A stretch of DNA of 64,000 nucleotides, taken from positions 3,030,113 through 3,094,112 of the forward strand of contig JBNZDD010013718.1 in the NCBI GenBank assembly GCA_050575255.1, written 5' to 3'. The notes beneath the pieces are model-generated. The model was given only the letters and a program-made list of their open reading frames with translations, was not told where the DNA came from and searched no databases. A program made the translations under genes and the position numbers. Below are positions 1-13,520 of the stretch, one piece after another. The stretch comes from Harriotta raleighana. Its lineage: Eukaryota. How positions within the stretch are numbered: position 1 is the stretch's first letter; each line of letters opens with the position of its first letter.

Positions 1-844
1 GTTTCTACTTTGGAACATATTTCGATGCATGTAATAAATATTGCAGACAACACTATCAAAATAGCAGCAATTAAATTTTTTTGTTCCCTTTTTTATTATA
101 ACTATTTAGCTTTCATTTCAATTTGTTTCCTGGACACTACTTTTGCCCATTGTTTATGGAACTTTGTCATGTACAAATTGACTGATGTGTTCACCTACAC
201 ATACACAGTCCCTACTCTTTGCAGCCAATCCCATGGAGACCTGTGAGACGTTCAGTTGATGTCCTAGGTTGCTATACCAAATACAAAAAATATTATTATT
301 TTTATTCATTCATGTTTATTTCAATTTGTCCTTCAGCGGAATTGCATTTTCCTGCCAGTGCATAATTCACTTATTCAAGAATTGGTCAACTGGAACAACA
401 GTGAACTTTTACTTGTCAAAAATCTACATTTAGGTATATTTAAGAACAATTATTAAATTTGATTTAAGCCACTATTGCATGCAGCTTTGTGTGCCCAAGC
501 AAGGAGCACTCATTATAAATCATAACAGCAGTGTAAATGTGTAAGCACAATGACAGAATTATTATTTTACTAAATGCTTTGGTTGCAGGGACAAATATAT
601 AACATTTTTAAATAACTGCAATTGATTCATTGAATAATCAAATAATAGTATATATTGATTTCCAACATATATTTCATACTGTATTTTTATATGTGGAATA
701 TTAATTTTGTTTTATTGTGTTTTAATTATCTTTGAAACCAGTGCTGACTCTAAACAAGCTTCCGAATGATGGTTTCGGAATTATCTATTCTGATCTGGGT
801 ACAGAAACAAAATTGCTTCCATGCTCACAGAGTCTAAGCCATAT

Positions 845-1152
845 GCTCCAGTGCAGAGCTGGGGTTCTTTTCCATTATCGGAGCTACTGTCCTTTGGGTG
901 AGATATTTAACCCATTCGCCTGTACCTTTTAATCCCAGGCCACTGATCAGAAGGAGAAGGGAATTTTTTGGGTGTCCTGAACAACAATCTCTGAAATAAA
1001 ACTGGTCGATCATGGCTGTTTGTGAGACATTGCTGTGGGCAGCCAAATTTAGTTGCAAGTACACAGTCACTGCACTTTACAATATGTTCTTGTAATGTGC
1101 TTTGAGACATCCTCGCAACATGAAATGCCAATGCCAAATGCAAGAATTATTC
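845..1152 (+). mobile_element. DeuSINE/SacSINE1-like SINE, decayed
   Basis: Deu-domain-like ctccagtgcag...tcggagctactgtcctttgggtgagat, then gtttgtgagacattgctgtg and the L2-type tail tgctttgagacatc...aaatgcaagaattatt. Aligns by eye with the other copies in the window. Confidence 0.7.
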
Positions 1153-2194
1153 TTATTTACTTATTAGTGTTGCTTATCAGTTGTACATTTAAGTGCAATT
1201 TCTGAGAGTTTTTTGATGCAGCGAATAGAAATATCCAACCAATTTATTAATAATAATGATAATAATAATATATAGCATTCTTCATGCAGGATAGCATCTC
1301 AGAGTTCCTAAGAATAATTATCCTTTCATTTGATATAACAGCTTTCACAACAGGAGGATTTCTTAAAACACTTCTCAAATTTATACTGTATAGTGGGATG
1401 ATTTTGCAATTCGTAGACAAATATTGAACACCTAGAGAAACCTGAGGCTTCCACCATTTCTCACTGTTAAGAGCAGCTCAGCAATAAAGCCAAAATAGAC
1501 CAGTCTATTGACTGCCCTTAAATGTGAGTTACCATCACATTATTAGAAAATAAACAATCATGAAAGACTTTAGTTACTTTTGTAGAGAGTAAATTGATTG
1601 AAGTACTTCACATATATTCTATTTAATGTCACATGGGAAGGGGGTGGAAGAACAAGTACAAGTGGCATTCATCTGCTTGAATTACTACAATAATTTACTG
1701 TTAATTAAATATTCAAATAATTTTTGCAGCTCTAGTGGCCAGTAAAAAAGTTAGCACACAGTCAGTGCACAGTGCATAAAATGGTGCTGGGTGTTTCACA
1801 GTGTTGCTAATGTTTTAGAAAAAAATCAGAAAAGCTAATTGCGTATGGAACCAGGGTTAAGAAGTAATGTAACAGTCTATTAACTTTAATATAGATATCT
1901 GAGTTAAGCATATGCAGAAGACCATTAGCATAAATTTCTGTTACAGAAGATCAGTTCTGTGTCAGGCATATAAAAAAAACTGTGCAGCTCTTGGTAATGT
2001 ATGTCGTAGGGATACCTTTCAGTTCTTCCAAATCGTCAAATCATGTATATAAATGATACATTGGTGAGAAGAGGATGATTTCAAACACACGTAATAAATA
2101 CTGCGAACGAATAAGAAATAAAGGGGGTGCAAAATATTTGATGGGTTAATTACCATCAGTGATATCAGCACACAAGCTCTTGTCCTACTGAATG

Positions 2195-2428
2195 GTATGG
2201 CAGCTGGAATATTCTCCCTCAATCCCCTGCCCCCGCTGGCCCCTCTCTCCCCCTTTTCAAGTCCCGGCTGAAAACCTTCCTCTTCAACCATGTTTGCGGT
2301 TACCTGCTACTCTTCACCCCTCCCCACCCCCATTCCCCACCACCACCACCACCACAGGCTGCGCCAATGTCTGAGACACTACCCAGCTTGGAGGACGCAA
2401 TATAAGTGCAAGTTGTTGTAGTTGTTGA
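2195..2428 (+). mobile_element. L2 LINE 3' end fragment
   Basis: ctggaatattctccct...ttcaagtcccggctgaaaaccttcctctt parallels the end of the L2 at 15570-15660; the tail ends aagtgcaagttgttg. Confidence 0.7.
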
Positions 2429-2559
2429 GTGAGTTTTCCCCCACTCCACGGTCCCGCAGTTGCCCTGACCTCGTGGAAATGGTGAGAATTGAATTCCCTT
2501 TGTGACGTTGTCATTAAACCCACTGTCTGAGCATCGTTGGTACGTCAATGTTGCTTCTG

Positions 2560-2765
2560 CAAATTTAACACCAGGAGGTATTTTTTTTTACCTGGAGGAC
2601 AAATAGCAACTGGGACAGTTTGCCAAGAAGGGTGGTTAGAGGTCATGATTCTGGAATCATTTTTATGAGACACAACTTGATGCTATGATGGGAAGATGGT
2701 ACACTGGCTATTCTGGAAGGATTAGATTAAATAGGGCTTTCTTCATCGAAAGCAACCTTGTGACT
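2560..2765 (+). mobile_element. CR1 LINE 3' fragment
   Basis: Similar to the CR1 3' end at 21815-22068 (caaattt...acaccagg...tttttta...gggtggtt...cttgatgct...ttcatc...aaccttgtga). Confidence 0.7.
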
Positions 2766-3611
2766 GACTTACATAACTCAATCTTGAAAGCTGATGCACA
2801 GCTGGCAAGACCCAAGGCTTGGTGTTGAAGGTACCGCTGGAATTCAATAGGCTAAAACTTGTCATTGAGAACACTATGTGGCAAGCTTCCCTGTTCTTGA
2901 GCAGCCAGGAGCAACAATGTTAAGGTAGTTGCAGGGTTCAGAGCATTCGTAGTGTAGCTGGTGAAACCTAAATCAAAACACTGACATGTCCCCAACATGA
3001 ACCATTAGGGAAAGGCAATGTCTCCGTCATCTGTTTGTTGGCTTGATTTACATTGAGGTCAGCTTTGCAAATTTGAGAAGAATCTCTAATGCAACATTTC
3101 TAGTGCCATTTCCAGCTGCACCATCAAAATAAGAGATCAAAGTGGTGGCTGCACAGTTGGTTCTGTGTAACTGGAAATGTAACTCACTCGAAAGTGACGC
3201 GTTTTTCCAGAAAAAATACTATTAATTGAAAGAGGGCTGACACATAACAGTACCTCTTTGATCAGTTCACTGATAAGGGAAATACGGAGAATTAAGAAAT
3301 ATTTAAATCTCCTACATCCAGCTCTGGATATTTACAAGTGCATGAAAAACATGAAACAGCTGAATAATAGAAGCAGTGTGACTTGCACCCCCTGTTCTAA
3401 TGTGTACCAGTCCTAAACAGGCCCCTATTCAAACTGTTCATGTAAGCTTTAGCGACGCTGACCTTCTCCGAGTGCAAGTGAAAGTTTTCCACTTCCATTT
3501 GCTCGTATAAAATATGCATGCCACACTTAACATTTATGATCTGACAATTTATATGCCGCATCACTGAATGTTACAAGAGTTATTATGTATTGAATTAAAA
3601 TGTTTCTTTGG

Positions 3612-3668
3612 TGGGGGCGGGGGTCGGGGGGGGGGGGGGGGGGGTAGCACGCGGGCGCGTGGAGGGGA
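3612..3668 (+). repeat. Poly-G / G-tract low-complexity run
   Basis: tgggggcgggggtcggggggg... runs followed by the short inverted repeat cacgcgggcgcgtg. Confidence 0.85.
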
Positions 3669-4493
3669 TTATCACAGTCTTAAGTCAAAGGATGTATATC
3701 GCAAAATCCCTACCCTATTTTGTTTGTTTTAAACAGTAAGTAAAATAGTCGTAGTTATTTTACCGATTTTGTGTTTTAAGTTTGAATTGCTGGGCATTGG
3801 ATCAATTGCTGGCACCAACAATCTATGCATTGCTACTGCGTCAGGTTAGAAATATGTGTTGTATCCTCCCCTACTTGGGTCCTAGGATGTGCAGATTTAA
3901 TTCATGAGGACCTGGGCCTTAATGGGTTAAATCAGATTGGTAATGTATGTTTCATGACCCAACATGCTTCATCAAACTCATTCATTAGAGTCGAGCAAGC
4001 AAATGAGTGCTTGTGAACTGTGTTTATGTGCTACTGGGATTGTGTGCATAAACCTAATGTGACTCAAGTATTTAAATTTTGATTTTTGTAATGAGTTTTG
4101 ACATGTTTCATTTCCTAGGAGGAATCGCATAAGACCTCCAAAACTAAATGTTGCTAAGAAGTCATCAAGACAGAATATTAAAATGCCATCAAATAAATAT
4201 TTCACTAATGCAATCAGGCTTTCACTTCAGGTATTCTAGCAAAAGAGAAGGTTAGAGGTTACCGGTTCTTAGTGAAACACTATTTGTTCCTCTTCAGTGA
4301 CTATCACTGTCAATAAATTATTTACAGTTTCCTTTGGTTGCACATGGCCCTTCAAAAGTTCAGCAGTTTCACAAGCAGTGCAAATTTATGCAACAACAAT
4401 GAATTGTCCATACTTTAGTAATATGCACTTGCAGTTAAAGACGGATTTTGAATTCAGTGAAAAAAAATTATCCAGTCTATCTTAATAAAAATA

Positions 4494-4830
4494 AAAATAA
4501 TCCTTGCATTCAATATAACATCTTTCACATTAGGAGAACATCTCAAAGCATGGTCGTGGGCGTGAGCGTCTTACAGTATATAATGTGGCTGCCAATTAAC
4601 ACATAACAATGTCCTACAAATGTCCATGGAGTGACTAACCAATTTTAGTTGTAGAATTTTTGGCCAAGATACCAAGAGGAGCTCACCTTCTTCTTTTGAA
4701 TAGGGTCATTGGATCCTTACCATCCAGCAGAACTGGCAGTAAAAAATGTTGTTTGATGTCTCATTCGAAGGACACATCTCCGACAATGCCCCACATCGCC
4801 AGCACTGCATTTGAGCATTAGCAATGACTA
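4494..4830 (-). mobile_element. DeuSINE/SacSINE1-like SINE
   Basis: The reverse complement has a Deu core (gcagtgctgg...ttgtcggagatgtgtccttcgaatgagacatc...ggatccaatgaccctattcaaaag) and the tail ...aatgcaaggattatt. Confidence 0.75.
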
Positions 4831-5039
4831 TGCAAGCTTTATGTCGCGATATATTTTTTATGCTCGTGTTACATTCCTTGGATTTCACATCCAAGATCTA
4901 TTTAATACTAAAGTCAATTATATAACTTGTTTTGTCACAAAAGAGACAGCAATTAATTATTAAGTGTGTGCAAAAGTAAATATTGTTTTATTCATCACAA
5001 ATTGTGTTTGCTCTCCCAATTATTAGGTCTGTAAATGCA

Positions 5040-5300
5040 CTGCCTGGTCTGGTACTGAGCCCTGTAGATCAGCAAGCTCTCAGTTTTGATCCTTTTCTCA
5101 GCCAAGTTGGAAGGAAGATGGAAGCATGTTAACTCTCCTCAATATATCTGTGCAAGGAAAGAGGAAAACACAAGAGATATCCCTGCTTCTGATCGCTGGT
5201 CAGCAATTCATCCTGGAAAGTGCACCAGTGGGGATATCCAGCAAGGACTGTGATCCTCTCCGTGGTTGTATAGCCTACTGACATTCACTCTCTAAAGCAG
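5040..5300 (+). mobile_element. Second old SINE family (shark-type), decayed
   Basis: ggtactgagcc...agatcagcaag...ttgatcc head, core ccctgcttctgatcgct...ctggaaag and atagcctactgacattcact. Homologous segments occur at 20490-20790 (-) and 63800-63990 (+). Confidence 0.6.
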
Positions 5301-7131
5301 CAATAATGAACACTAGAGCTTTGAGTCTATGCAAGAAGTGGAGAAAAATTGGAAGAACCGTATTTAGTTTTCCTGCATTATGTTTCTTTCGATCGCAAGT
5401 GAAAACATCAACTACACAGGTGTGATGGAAGAATACAGCAATTGGTCCGGAAGAACATCAATGTTTAGAGTTAGGGCAGCTACTGCATCACAGTCACTGG
5501 CCAGATGTCCTGTACACAACTCCACACTTTCATCCTTGCTTGAGAATTATATATAAATCAACTGTATGTATTTTGGACTGTGTCCCAGACTGAGATTTGG
5601 GAGTTGAAACCCTCACTTGGTGTCATTGAAAGGCTACGATTGTGTGTTTATTTTATGACGAAATTGGTTAGTGTGTATGTTTATGTGCGTGTAAGTGAGG
5701 CAGTATAGAGGTCTCGGTGATAAGGTGAATATGGGCTGGTACATATGTGATCTATTGGGACTTTAGTGTAGGGAAAGCTTATGAAAGGTAGATTTAATGT
5801 GCTCGTTCTTTACTTACACAGCATTGACAGTCTTGTGCTAGATATTAATCTGAGATGCTGGCAGAGTAGTGCAGAGAAATAAGGATATGTTCAGTTTTCG
5901 GTGCTACAATAGTACGGGGATATGTGTTTGTCTCCAATGATAAAATAGTAGCAGGTAAGAATCTGATCTTCTAATAGTTGAATAATGACAATGTGTCTCA
6001 GCCTTTAACAGTATGACCCATTTATATGTAAAATATAGTGTGGCTTTTACCATCTTTGTCAATAGATCTTCTTAGCTTCAAATTTTGGATGCAGATTATT
6101 TTAAGATGAGTTAAGTGTCGGTCTTTCCAAAAGCAAAGCCCAAATATATCCGAACTTTCGCTTCAGATGCACGGTAGACACTTGCCCTAATGATAATAAA
6201 ATCCTTTTAGGCTGGCATCAATGCAAAGGTCCCACAGTGGTTCATCATCAAAGGAAATGAATATGAATGATCTTATGTGGTGTGCTGTCTTTGTGCCAGG
6301 ACATTTCCCATAAGACAGTGCATGTGTAGAAATCGAGCCTGTCCTTCACAGCAGCCATGCTAATAGAAATGAATGGGTCATTTGGCATTGGAGAACAAGT
6401 AACTTAGCATTTGCACTGAACAATTCTTGCCAGACTGTGCATATTGAAGGGGCAGACAGGAGCTCCTTTCAACAGTGATTAATGGGTTTTTCAAGTGTAC
6501 TGCTCCCTAGTTATGAGAAGGGTGACCTGGTCAGAGGACGACTTTATGAAGACATAAAAAATGTATGTCAGGCCTGACTTTCTAATGTCACACAAAACAG
6601 TAAAAATGGCAGGGTAATAAGGCGGTTTTCTTTGCTCTAAATAGCTTTGCGACTACAATTTCGCACTCCTGTGCTTATCTGACAATCGCATCTACAGAGG
6701 ACCATTTTGCTGCTTTTCCTTTTAATGGCTTTGGAAAGCTCACCTTTCCAACTGAATGGGCTGCTTTTCGTCACCCTGACTTTACATTTCTACTTTAACC
6801 TTTGAATATTCTTTTTTTGTAGAGCTGCAAATGTATCCGCAAAAGGCGAGGAGCAAAACAATATTGTGCAATATTTTTGTGATTCTTCGTTTTTGATCTC
6901 TCCTAAACCAGAATAAAACAATAGAATTTTTAAATATGTATTTTGCCAGTTGCAGTTAGGCTCCTGTGCCTTTCATTGTGTTAAAATGAAAGTATGAAAA
7001 TTCTGTAAAGGTATAACTGACACTTACAGTGATATGACCTGATAGTAAAAGGGATAAGGGAACGTGAAAAGAGGAGCATTTTATTTATTCATGAGAGTAA
7101 TTAGGTTGACTCTCTAACAAGTAGACTGTGT

Positions 7132-7310
7132 GCTTCCAGAGACCTCTCAGACCAGAAGCTTGTTGTAATGTTTTATTGAAGCATAGAATACTCCAATTTC
7201 AAAGTTAATTTTCTTACAGANGCTTCCAGAGACCTCTCAGACCAGAAGCTTGTTGTAATGTTTTATTGAAGTATAGAATACTCCAATTTCAAAGTTAATT
7301 TTCTTACAGA
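7132..7310. other. 89 bp duplication flanking a single N (probable scaffolding artefact)
   Basis: 7132-7220 equals 7222-7310 apart from one C/T difference; N at 7221. Confidence 0.85.
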
Positions 7311-7724
7311 ACAGTTTGATGCCAAAAAAACTTGCATTATTCTGTAACCTTTCACTGATCCACCTAAAAATGTGAGTTATGCATAGGTTGTGTGCTGTGT
7401 GTTGGGCAGCTGTTTCCAAGAGAATCCCTGACGTATAGAGGATATAATGTGGAGACGAGGGAAAAAATAATTTATATTTTCATTCGTGTTTCATGACTTA
7501 GAATAATATATGATACCATTTATATTATATAGTGCCTTTCACATTGGAAGGACATGTACAATATGTAGTTATATATATATTATGTGTGTATATATAATAT
7601 ATATATTAGAATAAGGCCCAATTTAAAGTTTTCCTGCTGCCGATGAGGGAATTCTACCACTGTATTTTTTAAGGAATTTTGTAGATTAGACCCCACCTTG
7701 CTTTCCATTGCTCAAAGCATTTCA

Positions 7725-7832
7725 CCTGATTTACTGTGAAGTGTAGTGACTGTGTATTTTGTAAGATTATGTAAGGCGCTCTGAGGCACCATCTGGTGTG
7801 GAGGGTGCTATATAAATCAAAGTTGTTGTTAT
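7725..7832 (+). mobile_element. SINE/L2 3' tail fragment
   Basis: gtaaggcgctctgaggcacc...ggagggtgctatataaatcaaagttgttgtt. Confidence 0.65.
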
Positions 7833-10800
7833 GTCGCAACCACAGCACATAGCAATATATGAAAAACAGCCAAGCAGTGAATGACCATTTTTACCTCAAT
7901 ATGTGCACAATCCTGAACACAATTTTAAAAAAAAAAGTATACATCTGTCTAAACCTTTGAATTGTGCTTTTGAAATGGAGCAAGGAGCCAGTTCCTTGTA
8001 CTTACAGTACTGCCTGATCTTGACTACCTTTTCCGAGGCTCCCTTTCAAACCCTTGCCTGCACCATTTCGGTTACAATATCAGGCCTGACCTTTCCTCCT
8101 GCTCCATTGTTAATCTGGGGCTTCATTACCTACTGTTACTTTTGTATCACCCAGGTTGGATCGCCTTTCGATACCTATCCCGAAGCTTCCTTCTGCAGTA
8201 AATTTCTTATAGCAAAGCCAAACGCTCCTACAGCCCATTTTTGGACTGCAAGTACAGGTTAATGGAACTGCATGTTGGTGATGTGCCACAGAATACCAGA
8301 TAACTGGCTTTCTATATCCCATCCAGTCATCTTGGCTACTGCTTCTAATCAAAGTGTCAAACCCCAGTTATTTTGGAGAAGCCAGTATATTTATGGGCTC
8401 TGCATCTCGTATCGTTTTAATATACTTTCTGAGATAATGGTCATATTTTCTTTCAAGCTACAGAAGAAAATCTTGATTGTTTCAGTAAGGGATTAAGGTT
8501 TTTTGGCTGTGACACCAATCCTGGCTTCTGTTCCATGGCATGTTACGCAGACACTCAATTGTGCAGTGTGATCCTTAATGTTGTATTGTACTCCCTAAAG
8601 TGATGAATTAGATAGATCAATGACTGTTATAACAAAGGACAAAAGAATAAAGAAGCAGGAAGGAAGGAGTAGCAAAAAGGATTTGATGAGGGCAAGGAAA
8701 TAAAAAAGGGAAATGGACTTTAAATCTGCTTACCACAAACTAAACACTATACCACTAATGCTTATAATACATATTAGTCTAAATGTTCTGCTCACCACCA
8801 CACTGAGTTCTGAACCTCTCATTTATAGTATTATTCCCGTGTTTGTTTTTGCCAGATAGAACTGCCAGCATCAGCAGTCATTCACATGGCCTAAGAGTTA
8901 TGGCCTAAGAGCAAACAGAGACTTAATATCTCCAGTGCTAGTCTTCCCCTTTAATATCTGCCTAATGTTCACTCCAAGGGTACCTAGAATAAAACTTTGC
9001 AAAGCACTTATCTTAACACAATTTTCTTTGTTCTGTAATAACACCCTGTTAAGACAATCCTTAATTCAGATGCAACTGAACCTTTGGTAGATTCAAGGAC
9101 TTAAGAAATCTCAGGGGTATAACAGCAGAAGATCTGCTTTTCTTAGCAGTATAACTGAGAGCTTTTGACCCCGAAAGTGATCTATTTTGCTAGAGGTTCA
9201 TCATGTTGTTAAGTGTAGTGACTCGAATGATATGTGCTTATGGGAAGAGACATGTGAATATCATCATTAACAGCTAGAGACAATTCCTTAAGCAAATTGG
9301 AGTGAGATTCAATTTGGGCTAATATTTTGCGAATATGCAATAAAGACAATCTACTGAATTATGAGTTACAATACACTTGGCGAGTACATTAAATCAATTA
9401 CAAAAAGAAAGTATGAGATTACCTGATGGGATTTGTAAACCCGCCAATTCTTACTATTATATAGTTGGACGCCCCGTTTCTCTGTTTGCGCTGCTTAAAA
9501 TAATTACACCTTTCTGTATTTCAAGAGAGTTATAATCTGTCTGTCCCCTTGCGCTTTCAAGCCTCATTCTCCCAACTAAAGCGCCAAGGGTGGCAGCTAT
9601 AGGTTTGTTGACTTTAATACCAAGTTCATTCTAGGGTCAAGCACTTATGGAATTGGTCCATTGAACATTAAGGATGTCTAAATCTCCAGGCCAGAAACTA
9701 GAGTTAATTTAAATTTAGATGGTTGAATTGGACCAGATCAAAGCTACGAATCGCTAAATTCTCGCACAGATTCTGTTTGAATGGCAGTTATTCACTGTTT
9801 AACTTCTCGCTGTAAACTTGCTTTGATTACGTCTGTATGCAGTGCATCAGTTAGCAACATAGCACTCATGCTGAAAACTACAGTTCAGGAATACTCTTTC
9901 AATTCTCATACCCTTATTTATTTGTGTTCCGGCCCTGCCAAGCACTCTGGGATGCTACCCAGGTTGAGGGGCTCTGTATATATCAATGTAAGAAATTGTT
10001 GTTGGTGTGGTTATGAGAGTTAAAAAGTAAAATATAGGCTGAACTTGGATTCCCAAACATGTATGCTCACTTACTTTGGTCTACGTGACAGTGCAAACAT
10101 AAACCTGGTTTCAAGGAAAAGATGATGCCACTTGTTTGATAATTCTCAATGTGCAAATCTTTCAGGAGCAATGCAGTCAGTACAGTACTGTACTTTGTCC
10201 TGTGTGTTCCAGGAGCAGTCTGGTTCTGGGTATTTCAAGCTGAGAAAAATGTAGTGCATGAACTGGATGCATCAACATTCAACTTTTAATCCACACTGAG
10301 GAAACAAGCAGATGTCCAACTCCAACCTCCAATGCCAACACCACCAGTGCCCACACAGGGTGATTGGGTGCTGAGCTGCTCACTCGCACCTCCCGGCCCT
10401 GGGAGCACACTACCCATCTGCTCTTGGCTTCAGTTGATGTGTGGCCACATGAACTACAAAGAAAATCCACACTTTCTCAGCCTTGCTAATGGCAAGGCTT
10501 AAAAAAAAAATCTGTGAAGGCACCTGAGAGCATAGGTGCAGCACAATTTACAATCAATTCCTCCACCTTCAATTGATGAACCATTGATTATTATTTTTTT
10601 AAAGTTGCTTGATTAAATCCTATAAAATGTTGGGATTTCTATTCCAGGTTTGGAAGTCATGCAAGGCTGTTGGAGACGAGAGCCAAACTGAATTGAGAAC
10701 CTGATTTGAACTATTTACTCACAAACAGCTGAATCTGATCCAGTTGGGACACAGTTTGAATTGAATTTGCTTCTCCATTTAAGCATAATAGTTGGACGTA

Positions 10801-11869
10801 TGTACTCAACTGGGACTCAATTTTCAAGCAGGCGAGAAAAAATTGCTTCCACTGGCAGTAACCTTATGTACATCTTTGCTCTTAGCAGAGTGAAGGATAC
10901 TGCTGCCTGTCTTCCAACCTTGTCTCTTTCATGAGGATTAGCAACAGGGATATAGCTGCTTAGGGAGTGGTCTGTTTCACAAAAGGCCAGATTAGGTGTT
11001 GTTCCAAGCCGACACCTGATCCTTACCTTTTGGTCTCCATTGCTATCAGTTTTGATGCAATTTTGATACCACTGCTGGCCCACCTTCATTGTGGTTTAAC
11101 CGCATCCATTATTATGGGCATCACTCTGCCTGACAAACCAGACAGAACTCATGCCAGTTGAGGTCATTAAATTGCCATGTGAAGCACATTGTAAGACAGT
11201 TAGCTCACAGCTGGCCACTATACCAGCAAATACAGTGAGTCGAGTGGACAGTTTACATATCAAAACAATTTTTTTTATTTGCTCGGAGACACTATCTTGT
11301 GTGAAAAGTGAATACAACAAGCTGTTGGAGAATGGATAGGAGAATTATACGATTCTTCATTCCACAAATAAACCCTCTGTTGTCCACTCAATATTAAGCT
11401 TTAACCCAAATCCTATTGAATAAGAATGATGCTAATAATACTCTCAGGAATATTCAGCGCATAATCCACTTGATTTACTGCACTGCCTCATTCGAGCTGT
11501 TGTTTCTAAAATCGGTAGTCTGCTACCAATGGCAGTAGAACACAGGGCTTGCAAATTGATGGTCACATATCTGAGTCCCAGAGGATAACTTGTCACTCCA
11601 GGCTGCTTGTCATAGTTGGGAGCAATCTTAACATCTTAATGTCACCACTATAGTGCCAATTAGAACGTCTTGCAATGTGAAGGGTGGCTGATTGCATGTT
11701 GGAGGATGGTTAGGCATTGGTCCCCTTTAACCGATGCACCCCAAGATGTAATATTATTCAACCCAGCCCCCCCCCCGCCCATCCCCGCTCAATCTTTTGA
11801 AGAAGACTACCTCGCAAAGTAAAGGATGGATCAGGTGGAAAATTAAACACACAGAACCAAACATGAAAG

Positions 11870-12320
11870 ATGCCATCGCCAACCACGTCTGCGGTTGTAA
11901 AGAAATGAGTGGCGCAGCAGAACAACGGAACAAATGCGCACAGAAAGGGTTAAAAGTTTGGAAAAATGTGAAGGCTGTAGATTTCTGTTCCAAGAGTCTA
12001 ATCAATCATTGGCTTTCATGAGCTGCTGAGATTTAAAAACAGCTGTAATCTGCGGTCATTGTCGAAGGAGTAGATTGTTTGCCAAACTATTACCATAACT
12101 GTCAGCCGAAATCAGAAAAATAATCTCATCTCACTGGACAGATGCGTTTCCTGCATTATTGATACGGCCAGCTCGAGGTAATAGAGAAATATAAAGCACA
12201 GTTCTATTTACAAAACGAGATTGTCTGAGTCCTTGAGAGTCTGTGAGGGGACAGGCAGTGACAGGAAGTGAGACATATTCATCTCAGAAATTTCCTGCGA
12301 GGTCACGTGACCCCAGAAGT
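11870..12320. promoter_or_regulatory. Candidate conserved enhancer block
   Basis: Unique, CpG-retaining sequence. TGATTGATTA (Pbx-Hox type, - strand 11999-12008), CTGTCA (Meis, 12099-12104) and the palindromic E-box GGTCACGTGACC (12301-12312). Confidence 0.45.
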
Positions 12321-13235
12321 CCACTCATGCAGTTTTTTTTTAAGCAATTTACCGCATATTGAGTCCAGTTTTTAATCTTTTCCCCCTCCTACAAATAAAG
12401 TGCCTCTTCATCAGGGGGAAACCAGGTGCACTACTCACAATTATTGTCTGACGATATTTGGGTCGGCAGCACAATGTACAGTTGAAACCTGCAGAATGTT
12501 CCAACAAAGCATGTGCTGTAACCTATTATGGACTGTTAATTAACTACAACCAATAGCTACCAGTGAACAAGTGTTTGCACCTCCTGCAGACATACTATTG
12601 CGGATTAAACAACTCTTTTCCAATAACTGATAAGAACGATATCTCCCAAATGTTCTGCACACCCTTTCATCCCCTTGGGGCCACTATCAAAAATGTGTTG
12701 ATGCCTCCAACCTTACTGGGAGTTTATCTGGCACACCATACATTGACCTCACGGGGAACTCACACTTTCTGGAGTGTTGAGAGCATTAGCATTATGTAGA
12801 CTGCTATTATCAGGGGCTTAAATGAAACCCAAATGTTAGCTTGTTTAAACTAAAGGTTTTAAATGACATCAAAAGATCTATTTAAACATTTTGTCAGAGT
12901 TGTAGAAGTAGCCAATTGCTGGTGCTTTGTAATAGCAGACTTAGCTTTTATTTGGCCAATTGGTTTATTGCATCTTTCTTAGGAAATTGAAATAGAAGCT
13001 ACAACCACATGTTAGTGGTACAGGCATATTATCATTAAAGGTCATCCTATGCCTTGGCCTATTTTGTTTTTCTCCTAAACTCTTTTCAGGCCTGATATTC
13101 CACCTAATTGAAACTAGCAGACCATCTTGCAATGAAAGATAAATGATAACAATCCTTTTATTTGTGTTTGCACCTCTGGAGGAGATCGTAAAACAATTCA
13201 CAGGATATACTAATTTTGTTGGTAAACGCGACAAC

Positions 13236-13520
13236 CAATTTGTACACAGCAAATATCCTACAAACAACCATGAAATAAATGGCTAATTTCAACTGGGGGA
13301 TTGTTGGCCATGACACTGGGAGAATTTCCTTTCTCTTTTCGTTTAACATCTCAGTTGAAGTATGGCACTTCTGACAAAACTTTGCACTGCCCTTGAGTGT
13401 CATCTTAAACTGTAAATAATAATAATCCTTGGATTTGATATGCAAAGTCCTAATGAGGACTTGAACAAACAAGATTCTGACTCAGAGGCAAGAATGGTAT
13501 GAACTGAGCCAGGCTGACAC
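13236..13520 (-). mobile_element. DeuSINE/SacSINE1-like SINE with tRNA-like head
   Basis: The reverse complement begins gtgtcagcctggctcagttc...ttgcctctgagtcagaa...gttcaagtcc (A/B-box head), followed by Deu core remnants. Confidence 0.7.

Noticed and set aside
7805-7820. TATA boxes in gctatataaat motifs
   Set aside because: They are part of the L2/SINE 3' tail consensus, unlike the one at 25071, which sits in unique sequence.
8885-8910. Short direct repeats (also about 27910, 36685 and 38412)
   Set aside because: Two-copy duplications of 11-18 bp are ordinary slippage products.
13030-13056. 14-nt similarity to the 3' part of miR-204 (gtcatcctatgcct)
   Set aside because: The seed region is absent and there is no proper pre-miRNA stem.
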